DNA of 63,685 bases, filler included, from Pirum gemmata (GCA_002812295.1; 25 parts of 25 records of this genome joined end to end with filler, not necessarily neighbours in it); one strand, 5' to 3'. Numbered from the whole stretch's first letter, positions 26,413-39,084 are shown. Translations and numbers: made by a program. Notes: generated by a model not told the origin, from the letters alone.

Positions 26413-27920
26413 GGTTTGCTATTCTTGAAGCTGGCTCTTTGCGTTCGAAGAGTGGCACTAACATTATGATGATTACAACACTAGATGCAATAGGTATTAA
26501 CATTAAATTACATGTGATATAACTACTTTAAACCCTCTTTAAAAAAATTCTAATAATAAATGATTCCCCCTCACCCACTTCCCACATATGAAAACCATGA
26601 AGGACAAAATTTCCAGTTCCGAAATGCCAGTGCGCAGTTTTTTTTTATTTATTTTAAAATTTTCTGCTTTTTGTAAACTTTTCAATTATTAATCAATTAT
26701 TATAATATCCTAAACACAATTCATTTTTTTAAAATTACTATAATATTGGTTCTATATTATATTATACATTAGTATTTCCAGTTCCCAAAAATTAATTGTG
26801 GGAGTACAATTTTTTTATTTATTTTAAAACGTTTGCTTTTTGCAAGCTTTTCAATTATTAATTAATTATAATAATAATATCACAATTCATTATTATTATT
26901 TAAATTACTGCATTACCAGTTGGTTCTATATTGTATTGGGCTATCGGCTGGGCTTTTGCTTTTGGAGAATCATCAAATGCATTTATTGGTCATTCTGGTT
27001 TTTTTCTTTCTGGAGTCGACACTATTGACTATGCGAATTGGTTTTTTCAAAGTGTATTTGCAGTTAAAGCCGCTACCATAGTAAGTGGCGCTATTGCGGA
27101 ACGTTGTAATATTATTGGGTATCTGCTTTGTTCAGCCTTGATAATTGGCTTTATTTACCCAATTGGTTCACATTGGGCTTGGTCATCAACAGGATTTCTT
27201 GCTATTAATGGACCAGGATTTAAAGACTTTGCTGGTTCTTGTGTTGTCCACGTAGTAGGTGGTACTTCTGCACTCATAGGTGCATTGATGCTAGGTCCTC
27301 GTATAGGTCGTTTTACTGATGGCAGAAATACCCCGATTGCAGGCCATTCCACTATTTTCGCAGCTTTGGGTGGTCTTGTGTTATGGATGGGGTTTTATGC
27401 CTTCAACGCTGGTGCACAGTTAATGGCACGTACTGACCAGGATGCAGAGATAATGGCTTTGATATTTGTAAGTATTGGAATCTTATATATAGTGTATTTT
27501 TGTTCTTTTTCTTAATTTGATATTTGTAAGTGTTATATATATATATATATTGTTTTTGTTCTTTTTCTTAATGAATGAACGTGTTGCATGAATACTACAT
27601 ACCAGTTTTGATTTTAATTATTATATACACATAAATATTCAAAAAATATAGGTAAATACTTCTCTTTCTGGTGCCGCGGGTGCCTTTTTTGCAATGATTA
27701 TAAAATATTTTTCCACTAAAGGTGAAAACTATTTTTCTCTTTTAACTCTTATTAATGGATTACTGGGAGGAATGGTGTCCATTTGCGGTTCGTGTGACGC
27801 TGTAGAACCTTGGGCCGCCTTTTGTATTGGTGCTGTCTCTGCTTTCGTGTACACAAGTTGGGGGAATATTATGATTAAATTAAGAATTGATGATCCTTTA
27901 GAAGCTACCCCTGTACACTT
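26413..27920 (+). CDS. amt: Ammonium transporter, internal exons 26413-26493, 26920-27467, 27652-27920
   Basis: GFAILEAGSLRSK; WFFQSVFA..AATIVSGAIAER; DFAGSCVVH; GPRIGRF; LWMGFYAFNAG; DDPLEATPVH. Both twin-His residues are present and intron phases are consistent. Confidence 0.95.
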
Positions 27921-28561
27921 GTAAGTTATTGGCAGTTAGATAAATATATTTGAGTTATTTTTATATTTATTTTGCTCAATGATTAAACTATACATGATTT
28001 TTGTAACAGTAGTAATATGAGGTTTTTTTTTTTAATGGTTTACCATTGAATTTTGTGCGTGTATTCTTATTCTTGATGATTAAACTATACATAATGTTTG
28101 TAACAGTAGTAATANNNNNNNNNNNNNNNNNNNNNNNNNNNNNNNNNNNNNNNNNNNNTTAATTAATTAANNNNNNNNNNNNNNNNNNNNNNNNNNNNNN
28201 NNNNNNNNNNNNNNTAATAATAATAATAATAATAATAACTTTAATTAACAGCAATAACAATTATAGTATTTTTATCAGTTATTATTATCATATTATTTTA
28301 TATATTATGTAGTAATAATATTAATAGCAGTGTAATGGTGGTGGTAGGAAGTAGTAGTGGTGGTAGTAGTAGTAGGGGTGATATTAGTGATGGTGGTGGT
28401 GATAGTAGTAGGGGTGATAATAATAGTGGTGGTGGCAGTCGTAGCAGTGGTAGTAGTAGTAGGGGTGATAATAGTGGTAGTGGTGGTGATAGTAGTGGTA
28501 GTAGTGGTAATAGTAGTGGCAGTAGTGGTAGTAGTTCTGGTGCTAGAGGTGGTAGAGGTAC

Positions 28562-28593
<32 letters not shown>

Positions 28594-28772
28594 TATGATA
28601 GCAGTGGCGGAAGTGGTAGTAATAATAATAGTACTAGTGGTGGTACTAATAGTAGTACTAGTAGTAGTAGTAATAGTAGTAGTAGTAGTGGCGGTGGTAA
28701 TAGCAGTACTAGTAGTATAAATATGATAATGGTAAAGGTAATTATAATCAATAGTAGTAGTAGTAGTAGCGA

Positions 28773-28811
<39 letters not shown>

Positions 28812-30272
28812 TAGTAGTAGTAGTAGTAGTAGTAGTAATAGTAGATAATAGTAGTAGTAGTAGTAATAATAGTAATAGATAAATAGTGGTGGTGGTGGTG
28901 GTGGTTCTGAGGTGGCGGTGATTTAATCCCAAAACTTGGCATCCTTGGAAGTTAATTTGAAACTGCTTTGAAAGGGGCTAGGGGAGCGTTCACGTCAAGG
29001 GGTAGGTAGAGGTAGGTGGTATTTGACCGTAAATTAACGTCGAGGAGTGGGTAGGTAAGGGGTATTTGAAGCTGTATTTGACAGGAAATTGGCGTTCGTT
29101 ACTAAGCTTTTTATCAAAAATGGCAAAAATTTCTTAGCCAATCAATGCCCTTTTAGATGAACGATCGAATTTCATTGGTTAATTAAATTTTTTTTTTAAA
29201 AAAAAAAGTTTTTTTTTACTACTACGAATCCTATTAAGGGGTAGGTAGGTAGGTGGTATTTGACCGGAAATTACCGTCGAGGGGTAGGTAGGTAGGGGTA
29301 TTTGAAGCTGTATTTAACTTTACTTAGTATTTTGAACACTCCTTAATAAAAAACGTCCAACTTTTGCTTTTCAAACAGAATTTTTATTTTTCGAATATAA
29401 GTAATGGAATAGGTATTGAATAGGTTTGAAATTTTGAAATATATGTATTAGTTAAAAAAGAGTAAAAAAAGTTGGTTGTTTTTAAAAAAAGTGTTTGTGC
29501 CATATAAGTTACATATTTGTTGCATTCTGTTACACAATTTCTGTGGCGCATATGGTGGAAATAATTTTTTACAACTTTTGGGTTTCACTAGAATTTTCAG
29601 TTTTTCGAACAAAGTAATGTAATAGGTATTTTGATAGGTTTGGAATTTTCGATCATAACAGGCATAAATTCCCAGCTAAATTCCCCCATAAGTTGGGGCG
29701 GGGCCATAACCCAAATAATTTTTTTTTTACGATAAAATTATTTGTATTTTCATATTCTACCCATGATGTATGATATTTTTTGAAAGTTCGAACATAAGTA
29801 ATTATTAATAAGATTGAAAGTTTTTTTAGAGATGGTTAAAAAACTTTATTTTTTCTTTATTAATTAAAATCATAATTTTATCCTAGAATTTTATTCTATT
29901 TTTTTTGATTTATGATTGGCTTATTACACTTTAGCTGGAACCACATGTGATTTTTCATTAGCTAATTTTCGGGGAACCTCAAACAAATCATGCTATGGTT
30001 TGAATATTTATTTGGAGGGTTATAATATTTAAAAAGACATTTTTAAATAAATAAATAGATAATAAAAGCTACCAAATTAAATTAAATGGTTCATATTATA
30101 TTAATTTGGTTCTATTTATCGTATATTTTATGATGACAAAATAACTGAAAAGCACTACAAATACTAAATATGGTATTTATTAATAAACTACTGAAACCAT
30201 CACTAGGAAACCATCAAGTCTTCGTGCATACTGTGAGTAGCTCTGTGAGTATACTGTGGTGTGATTATTATT

Positions 30273-30307
<35 letters not shown>

Positions 30308-30691
30308 ATCATAGAATCCCCCCCCCTGAGAACAGCAAAAACTTACTGGTGCAAAAAAGTTTTTTTTCTTTTTTGGAATTCCTGCAAGGGATTCCTTGGT
30401 CTATGCTATGAGTATGCTATGTATGGTTAGGGTTAGGCCGTCAGGGTTAGGGGTTAGGGTTAGGGTTAGGGTTAGGGGTTNNNNNNNNNNNNNNNNNNNN
30501 NNNNNNNNNNNNNNNNNNNNNNNNTTAATTAATTAANNNNNNNNNNNNNNNNNNNNNNNNNNNNNNNNNNNNNNNNNNNNCCTTGCGCTTATAATAATAA
30601 GCACTAAAAATTATTTGGTTTTAGAAAATAGCTATGTTATTTATCAAACCTAATATACTACGATATAGTTTACGAGCTATTCGAGTGTGTT

Positions 30692-30949
30692 TTAGGTGTT
30701 CGAGGGTTTTCGAGCTTTCTTTGCACTAGGGTATATACTCTTAATTTCGTCTTCGTTAAAGTCGATCCTCTTATACTTTTGACTATTATCATCATCATGC
30801 TTGTCATTATCATCATCATGTTTGTCACGATTTATAACTACTTTAATTAATTCTAATAATTGATTTAAGTATAATTGTTGTTCTTTTTTAGTTAAAAGAT
30901 GAATATTATTATTAATAATGTCATTTAATTGTTTAAACATATTTTCCAT
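30692..30949 (-). CDS. Small intronless hypothetical protein (85 aa)
   Basis: Non-repetitive ORF with an A-rich start context, divergent from 31710-32327. No recognised family. Confidence 0.45.
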   Translation of the reverse strand: MENMFKQLNDIINNNIHLLTKKEQQLYLNQLLELIKVVINRDKHDDDNDKHDDDNSQKYKRIDFNEDEIKSIYPSAKKARKPSNT

Positions 30950-31109
30950 TTATTTCTTTTATTTCTAAATGGTCGTTTAAAAAAGTTAAAAGTTAAAATG
31001 TCATTTTTACAATCTCCGAGCATTAGGTAATTTTTCAAGAATATTGGATATCAAAAATATCAAACCTAATAAATATTTATGTTCGATTCGAATTTAAGTT
31101 TGCACGAAT

Positions 31110-31315
31110 TTCGAACACCATCGAACACCCTCGAACACCCTCGAACACCCTCGAACACTCTCGAACACCCTCATACTTAAAAACACCATTATCCAAGAGT
31201 TCGAAGTGGTATCCAAGAGTTCGAAGTGGTATCCCATAGTTCGAAGTGGTATCCCATAGTTCGAAGTGGTATCCCATAGTTCGAAGTGGTATACAAGATT
31301 TCGAAGTGGTATCTA
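31110..31315 (+). repeat. Adjacent 10-bp (TCGAACACCC) and 20-bp (TCGAAGTGGTATCCMAWAGT) tandem arrays
   Basis: About 4 copies of the 10-mer at 31110-31152 and about 6 copies of the 20-mer at 31187-31315. No spacers. Confidence 0.9.
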
Positions 31316-31709
31316 CGTATTTATTGTCTATTTTTTTTTTTTGTAGACCACAAAAAGTTTGTGCGCTCGATATTTTTTTTTTCATTTTTTTCATTTTTTC
31401 AAAAAAAATGACAAAATATTTTTTTTGCTCGGGATTCCAAATCTATATTGCTAAATTCAATTTTAAATAACCCAGATTGTAGTTTTATGTCTTCAGTTGG
31501 GAACATTTTTATTTTTTTTCATTTTTACCATTTTTATCATTTTTTTATCTTTTTCTGGAGCTGTCTATTATGTTTTTACGACCTTAGTTTTATGTTTTTA
31601 ACTTGTAGATCAAAATCTGAACACAACAAGAAAAATTTAATAAAACTAACTAGAAAAAAGTATAAAAAGATAATTTTTGTTAAAAAAGAATATAAAATAA
31701 ATTAGAAAC

Positions 31710-32327
31710 ATGTTATGTGAAATCTGTAACTCATTTGTTTCAGGTAGCATACTATCTCATATTGAATCTAATTGCAATGCAACAGAAGTTGAAAAATTAC
31801 GTTATATTAATCGAATAAATACTGATAATGATATTAAAAATCGTTTAAAACAACAAACGAATGAAATTAAACGCTTATATTCATCATATAAAAAATTAGA
31901 AAAAGAAAAAAAAATAATAGAAAAAGAAAAAAAAGAATTAATAAAAGAAAAGAAAATAACTGAAAAGCAACATAAAATCACTGAAAAAGAAAAAAACAAA
32001 TTGAAAAAACAAAACGAATTATTACAAAGAAAACTTAACAAAGAGATTGCTGATAAAAACAAATTAACTATCAATCTGAATATTAATTTTTATAGTCGAC
32101 ATGAATTCATAAAAATTAAATTACCAGAATTAAATGTTTTAGAAATTCAACGACATATTAGTATGTTTACAACTAACGAAATGTTACACAATTCTTTTAT
32201 TGATAACGTTGCTACAAGTTTTTTATTTAATAGTTTAATGATTCGTCGATTAAGAGATAAGTATATCGAGTATCATTCATATTATATATATAGACTCTTT
32301 TTTAGTGTAATATTCATTTTGAACTGA
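31710..32327 (+). CDS. Intronless zinc-finger (CxxC...H...C) + Lys/Glu coiled-coil protein, possibly of viral or mobile origin
   Basis: MLCEICN...SHIESNC, a long KEKK coiled coil, then INLNINFY. Confidence 0.6.
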   Translation: MLCEICNSFVSGSILSHIESNCNATEVEKLRYINRINTDNDIKNRLKQQTNEIKRLYSSYKKLEKEKKIIEKEKKELIKEKKITEKQHKITEKEKNKLKKQNELLQRKLNKEIADKNKLTINLNINFYSRHEFIKIKLPELNVLEIQRHISMFTTNEMLHNSFIDNVATSFLFNSLMIRRLRDKYIEYHSYYIYRLFFSVIFILN

Positions 32328-34000
32328 ATATGGTACCTTTTTCAATATTGCCTCAGTTCAAAATGAATAATTATACCAAAAAAGAGTCATTAATAATTAG
32401 CTATTTATTTTATTAATTTATTAATAATTAGCTATATATATANATATAGACCAAAATTGTATTATTTACATTCTTAAATACAATTTTGGTCTATATATTT
32501 ATATAGGTATAATTATTATAATTGTATACATAATATTAATTATATTAATTATTAGTTATTTAAATTAGTCATATTAATTATTCAACGTTATTAGACATAT
32601 TAATATCATTTGTTAATTAATTATCACAATTAGTTATAATATAAATAGTTAACGTCATACCTAGTTATTATTAGTTATTACTATTAATATTATTACTATT
32701 ATATATTAGTGTTTCAACGTTATTAGACATATTAATTACTTATCAGAGTAAATTTTATTGATTCATTATTAAATATTAGTGTTTCAACGTTATTAGACAT
32801 ATTAATTAGTTATTAGTTTATTTTATTGATTTATTNNNNNNNNNNNNNNNNNNNNNNNNNNNNNNNNNNNNNNNNNNNNTTAATTAATTAANNNNNNNNN
32901 NNNNNNNNNNNNNNNNNNNNNNNNNNNNNNNNNNNCATTACAGAAGTTTTGGTGATAATGCGGAATACCAAAATAGTATAGCTGATTCTCAATGTAAGTT
33001 GTTGCAGAATTTTCAATCGATATCCGGAAAGGCTACCATTTTTTTTGTTGAAAACGAATTGTACAAAAACGAAAACTACACTAATTATTATAATGAAAAA
33101 ATTGGACAATGCTTTGATACTCAGAGTTTTCTAGCATTGTTGGATAATATTCAAAATGAGTTGGAAAATCTTTAAATACTTTATAGATATTATCGAATAA
33201 TGTTAGAAAGTATCATATACTATAAATATATTATGAAAGTACTTCATATAATTATATATATAACATATATCAGTAAATTTTAGTTTAAATATTATACATA
33301 TTATAAAAGGACTTTATTAAATATATTATTTAAACTTACAGTTAAAATAAATAAAATTTTAAAAACATACCCATGTGATATATATATATTATTTAAACTT
33401 ACAGATTTTAAAAACATACCCATGTGATATATATATATATATTTATATATCGAAGTGGTTATGGTTTTCTGGGGTTTCGGGTAGTTTTTCGCCTTGCGGG
33501 TTTCGCTGAGTTTTTTGCATCTTTGTTTGTTCGCGTGTTTGTTCGCGTGTTTGTTCGCGTGTTGGTTTGTGTGTTTGATTTTTCTCTTTGTTCGCGTGTT
33601 GGTTTGTGTGTTTGGTTTTTCTCAACAACAACAACGACAGCAACAACAACAACAACTACAACAACAACCACAACAACAACAACATCAAACACTACAACAA
33701 CAACAACAACATCAACAACCACAAACACAACATCCACAATCATCACAAACCCATCCACAACCGCAACAACAACAACAACAACAACAACCACAAAGACCAC
33801 GACGTAACACAACCAAACCCCAATACAACGAAACCAAAAGCAAATCATACTACAGAACACAGCAAACACTACCACAACAATAACAACAACAACAACAACA
33901 ACAACAACAATAATAATAACGACCACAACCACAACCACAACAACTACCACACCAAAACACCGCTGACTACATCAACAACAACCAAAGACTGCACTCAGCC

Positions 34001-35195
34001 ATGACCAACAACAGAAACAAGAGAGCAATGAAAAACCTCATGACCGACGAAGATCTAACTATCTTCACCAACAGAACCAGAAGCGCCAACAACAACAACA
34101 ACCACAGCTACAACACAACACAACAACCACAGCACACCATTCACCACACTTTCAAATCACGACTAACCGCACGAGGCAACCAACACAACGACGGCACACA
34201 CTACTACTCACCCGTTATCAGCAAAGAGGCACTACGAATGACTATAGCACACAACACAACACACAACGACACCACAACCACACAACACGACATGAAAACA
34301 GCGTTTCTCAACACACCACTACCCACACCCAAATACATACGCATACCACAACACATGCACAGAGTAAAACACCTACTACCACCCGAACAACAACTACTTC
34401 TAAAAAGACACTATGACAGCACCGACAACTTCACAGCAATAATAGAAGTAGGGATAGCTATGTATGGATTCCCGGAAGCTGCACAACTCTACTATCTCGA
34501 CCTCAAATCATTCTTAGAAAAGAACGGCTACAAAGAATCACCATCACAACCCTGTTTATTCATCGACAACAACAACCACAACCACAGACTACTTACATAT
34601 ATCGACGATTACCACCACTCAGGAAAAGATAAAAGCATCATCCACCAAGATACAAGAGAAATACCCTCTTAAAAACATGGGAACACCAACCACCATAGTC
34701 GGCATTCAGATACACAAAACCACATCAGGACACATACTACATCAAGAACAATTCATAGAAAGAGCCTGTAAAAAATATAACATACCACACAAACACACAT
34801 ACACACCAATACCAACTGCACATAAAATGGATGACCAACATCAACCACAACTAACACCAGAAGTAAGAGAACAATACCTTAGCCTAATAGGTACAATCCG
34901 ACATGCAGCTGACAACACCAGACCAGATACAACATATTCAGCACACATACTAGCAACACACATAACAAACCCAACGCAAGAACATCTACAACTAGCCACA
35001 CGAACCATGCAATACCTACTTACAACAAAACACTGGGGACTCAAATATACAACAACGACCCCTACTTCCGAACAAAACAGCATCAAAATATACACCGATG
35101 CATCACAAACAGACCTACCAGAAGGCAGAACTACAATCAGCAACATGGTAACATACCATGATAACCTAGTCACTTATAACACCACCAAACGCAAA
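34001..35195 (+). mobile_element. Ty1/Copia LTR-retrotransposon RT + start of RNase H (frameshifted, truncated)
   Basis: FKSRLTARG, YSPV, DMKTAFLN, AMYG, YIDD, LHQEQFI, TRPD, YTDAS. Frameshift near 34650-34677. Confidence 0.92.
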
Positions 35196-35599
35196 NNNNN
35201 NNNNNNNNNNNNNNNNNNNNNNNNNNNNNNNNNNNNNNNTTAATTAATTAANNNNNNNNNNNNNNNNNNNNNNNNNNNNNNNNNNNNNNNNNNNNTATTA
35301 TTTATTATTTATTATTTATTATTTATTATTTATTATTTATTAGTTATTAGTTATTAGTTACTAGTTATTATTTAGTATTTAGTATTTATTATTTATTTAT
35401 TATTATTTGTTTATTATTCATTATTCATTATTAATTATTAATTATTGTTGATTATTTTATTCATTATTCATTATTCATTATTAGTTATTGTTCATTATTT
35501 AGTATTTATTACTTATTACTTATAACATTCATTATTTATATGTTTATTATTTATTATCAATTATTTATTATCTGACTTTTGTTATCTTAAAAAAAATAG

Positions 35600-36546
35600 A
35601 TGTAAAACATTGTAGGGTTTACACAGATACCTGTCAAGTAAAATCCAAAAAAGATTGCAAGGAATGTGAAACTAATTACAAAAAGTACAACATCGACGGC
35701 ACTATTCAATGTGTGGAAATGACTTTAGAAGAAGCTTCAAACTACACTCAGTCGATTTTAAACGAAGAAGGCAAAACTGACGGTGGCATAGAAACGAACA
35801 CAATAATTGGAGCCGCGGCCGGGAGTTTTTCATTGTTATTGTTAGTTGTTGGTTTCAGTATGTTTATGTATAGACGTTATGCGAAGAAAAAAGAAGAAAA
35901 AGAAATGAATAAGTTGAACGGTTTGTCTCCTGAGGATTTCGTTATGGCCGATTTAGGTTTAGAAATGAAAACGGATGCAGAATATTTTGAATCAAGCGAA
36001 GACCACGGTTATGCAACAGTCTCCTCCTCTAATTCTGAATGTTCATTAGTATCACTTGCAGCAACTAAAGGCGCTGGTAACGGTGGTAAAAACTATGAAA
36101 ATAACGATATGAATTATGCTAATGGTTTATATCATAACAATAACAACAATTCTGGATTACCAACTTCTCTATCAAGGTCTCGCTTGGGTACTAATCAGTA
36201 CGACAATGCACAATATCGCGATTCTTGTGGCTCGGAATATGCTAACAATAGTGATGATGAGGAGTATGTGCCTAGTGGGTTTGACCCAGAGTTTAATTTT
36301 GATGAAGATGCTATTTCGGAATACCATGACATTGTAGCGGAGGAACGAAAAACACGGGCATCCCCTATGAAGCCTAGTAGAGGTTTACCTGACATTGAAC
36401 GCCCTTTGAAACCCACACCACCGATTAAACCCGTAAGAAAACAACAACAGGGTGGAGATTTGATTGATTTAAATGATAGTGTGCAAGAAAATACTTGTGA
36501 AAATAATGGAGATTTTGGTTTTGAACCTTTAGTGAGTTTGTTTTGA
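35600..36546 (+). CDS. Terminal exon of a type-I membrane protein: Cys-rich ectodomain end, TM helix, Tyr/Pro-motif cytoplasmic tail
   Basis: ctgac...aatag acceptor. Ectodomain VKHCRVYTDTCQ...DCKECETNY...C; TM IIGAAAGSFSLLLLVVGFSMFMY followed by RRYAKKK; tail without a recognisable catalytic domain. Confidence 0.88.
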
Positions 36547-37463
36547 AATAAATTTAGTCAAGCTTCATCCCTAACATACAAAAAAATCAACAAGGAAAAA
36601 TGTGGAATTAAATTTGAAGAAATTATTATTTATTATTATTGTCATTCTTTATAAATTAGTTAATCTTTTATTAATTAAAATAACATGTGTACATTTTTAC
36701 CAATTATTTATTGATAGAACATAATTATTTATTTTTGTTATTGGAAAAAGCCAGAAATACAAGACTTATATAATTAGTTTAGAAACAATTAACAATATAA
36801 TTATATACAATATTCTAGGGACTGTTGTTAAAGGATGTCAGTAGAGTTTAATTTACTAAATTTGGTTTGAAATATTAACTGTGTCAAACTTTGAATTCAT
36901 AACAAACAAAAAATATTGAGCAAGGAAAAATGTGGCATTATTTGAAGCAATTATAATTATTATTTATTATTATTATCGTTCTTTATAATTAATCTTTTAT
37001 TCATAACATTTTTACTAATTATTTATTGATAGAATATAATATATTAATATATTCATTTATTTTGTTATTGGAAAGGGCCAGAAATACAAGACTTAGTGTA
37101 AACATTATCACAATTGTAGTAGCTTGAACACACAGCTTCGTCCTTTTGTTATCGTTACAATACAAATAATTTTAAAAAAATACAAACACTAAAACTAACA
37201 CTTTCCCTCACTTTGAAGTTTGAAGTTTTGAACACGGTTCAGAACTTCAGAACACCTACTAGCTAGATCTACAGTAAGTCTTTGTTTTTTCATCTTTCAT
37301 GGAGTCTTTGAAAAAACCTCTCTCAAAAAAAAAATAATAAATATAAAATTAGCCATTGATATGCCAGTTCGACTGCAAAAAATCGCAAAAATTTGCAAAA
37401 ATCTGCAAAAAAATACTAAAAAAATCTAATATAAACCAATCATAAAACTAACATAAAAGTAAC

Positions 37464-37558
<95 letters not shown>

Positions 37559-38629
37559 CGTGTTCCGGGTAGTGGTCTAGAGAATTTNNNNNNNNNNNNN
37601 NNNNNNNNNNNNNNNNNNNNNNNNNNNNNNNTTAATTAATTAANNNNNNNNNNNNNNNNNNNNNNNNNNNNNNNNNNNNNNNNNNNNAAAACATACCAAA
37701 TTAAATGAAATGGATTTATATTGTATTAATTTGGTACTATTAATAACCGTCTCTACCGGTAGCCCTCTAGCCCTCAGACCGGTAGGTCTCTGCGGTAGGT
37801 CTAGCCCCTCTCTAGCTAGCTAGTCTAGCTAGCTAGGGTCTCTAGCCAGTCATTTTACTTGCCCTGGCTACCCACGCGGTGAATTGGCGCTTTTTTATGC
37901 ATAGAGGGGTCTAATTTGCTAACTTTTGCTTTACGCTTAACAAATTAATCGAAAAAAAGAAAATACGAGCCAAAATCCTTTTTAAATATACCCATTTATT
38001 ACTATGTTATACCTGAATAATATAAAAATAAAAAAGTTGTCTTTTTTGTAACCCATATATAGTACCCAATTATTTTTAAAGTTTAACTAGGCTGCACTTT
38101 TATTGAAAAAGTTGGCTCGAATACTGAATGAGTTTTAAACACTATATGAGAAAATGCGAAAAATATTTATATAACTGTTTTAGTATAGGAGGGATGAGAT
38201 GACGTCATCTTATCAATTGGATGCTCGGACCGGCGAACTTCCAGAAATTTGCCTAAAGTTACTATAAATAGTATAATAAACTCTTTTAAAAGTAACTACT
38301 TAATAGGTAGTTACTAAATAAATAATTACAAATACTATATATGGTAAGGCGAAACAGGCGAACAACATTTACTTTGTGCCTTGGTCAAAAAAGTTCGCCA
38401 TAAGAGTTCTCACCCCTCCTTTTAGTATACTTTTAGTATTTTGTTCGGGTTCGGGTAGTATTCGGGTTCAGGTTAAAAATTGGGTTAGGGTTTTAGGGTT
38501 AGGGTTTAATAGTGAGGGGTCAAGCCTAGCTAGCTAGGGGGTCAAGCCAGGGTTAGTGTTAGGATTAGGGTTAGAGCAAGAGTTAGAACTAGCCTAGTAG
38601 AGCTAGCTTGAGATGGGGTCCATAGTATT

Positions 38630-39084
38630 CAGCGTTGTTAAATCCGACATTTCTATATAATATAAACTACCCCTATGGAAAGCTTACCTTCATATCTTTG
38701 AGTTGGATCGATAAAGAAAAAGGTTTCGAATCATTAGTAGAATATGATTCGGAGCCTTTTCTTTATCGATCCGACTCAAAAGACCATTCTGTCACCATAG
38801 GGGTAGTCTATACTATAGGCACTCTATTAGGCCTCTCCCAATTCTGCTCAAACCCGAAAACTCGAATTTCTGCTGTCAAAAAAGCCAAAATTCAGCTCCG
38901 TTCGATTTTTTTTTTTTTTTCGTATTTTTCAGGTTTTTTAATAAATAAATATATTTGAATACTTAATTGTAAACTTAAACATTTCGAACTTATAAATTAA
39001 TATATGGACTCGAAATCTCGATTTTTAAACAGAGCAGAATTAGCGACTTTACTGTATATGGAAATTTCGGATTAACCAACCCTG
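38630..39084. mobile_element. Non-autonomous DNA transposon with ~30-bp imperfect TIRs starting CAG
   Basis: CAGCGTTGTTAAATCCGACATTTCTATATA versus TATATGGAAATTTCGGATTAACCAACCCTG. Internal inverted repeat GGATCGATAAAG/CTTTATCGATCC. No clear TSD. Confidence 0.6.

Noticed and set aside
28305..28942. Ser/Gly- or Thr-rich ORFs
   Set aside because: A mixed AGT/GGT microsatellite open in many frames, with no splice or codon evidence for one frame.
31187..31315. CRISPR-like 20-bp repeats, or a tRNA-Met PBS (TGGTATC)
   Set aside because: The repeats are head-to-tail with no unique spacers and no cas genes. No adjacent LTR supports a PBS.
37558..37587. tRNA A-box-like TGGTCTAG after a long poly(A)
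   Set aside because: Truncated by the contig end. No complete tRNA or rRNA could be identified anywhere in the window.
38635..38958. 107-aa ORF
   Set aside because: Lies inside a TIR-bounded non-autonomous element and has no transposase motifs.
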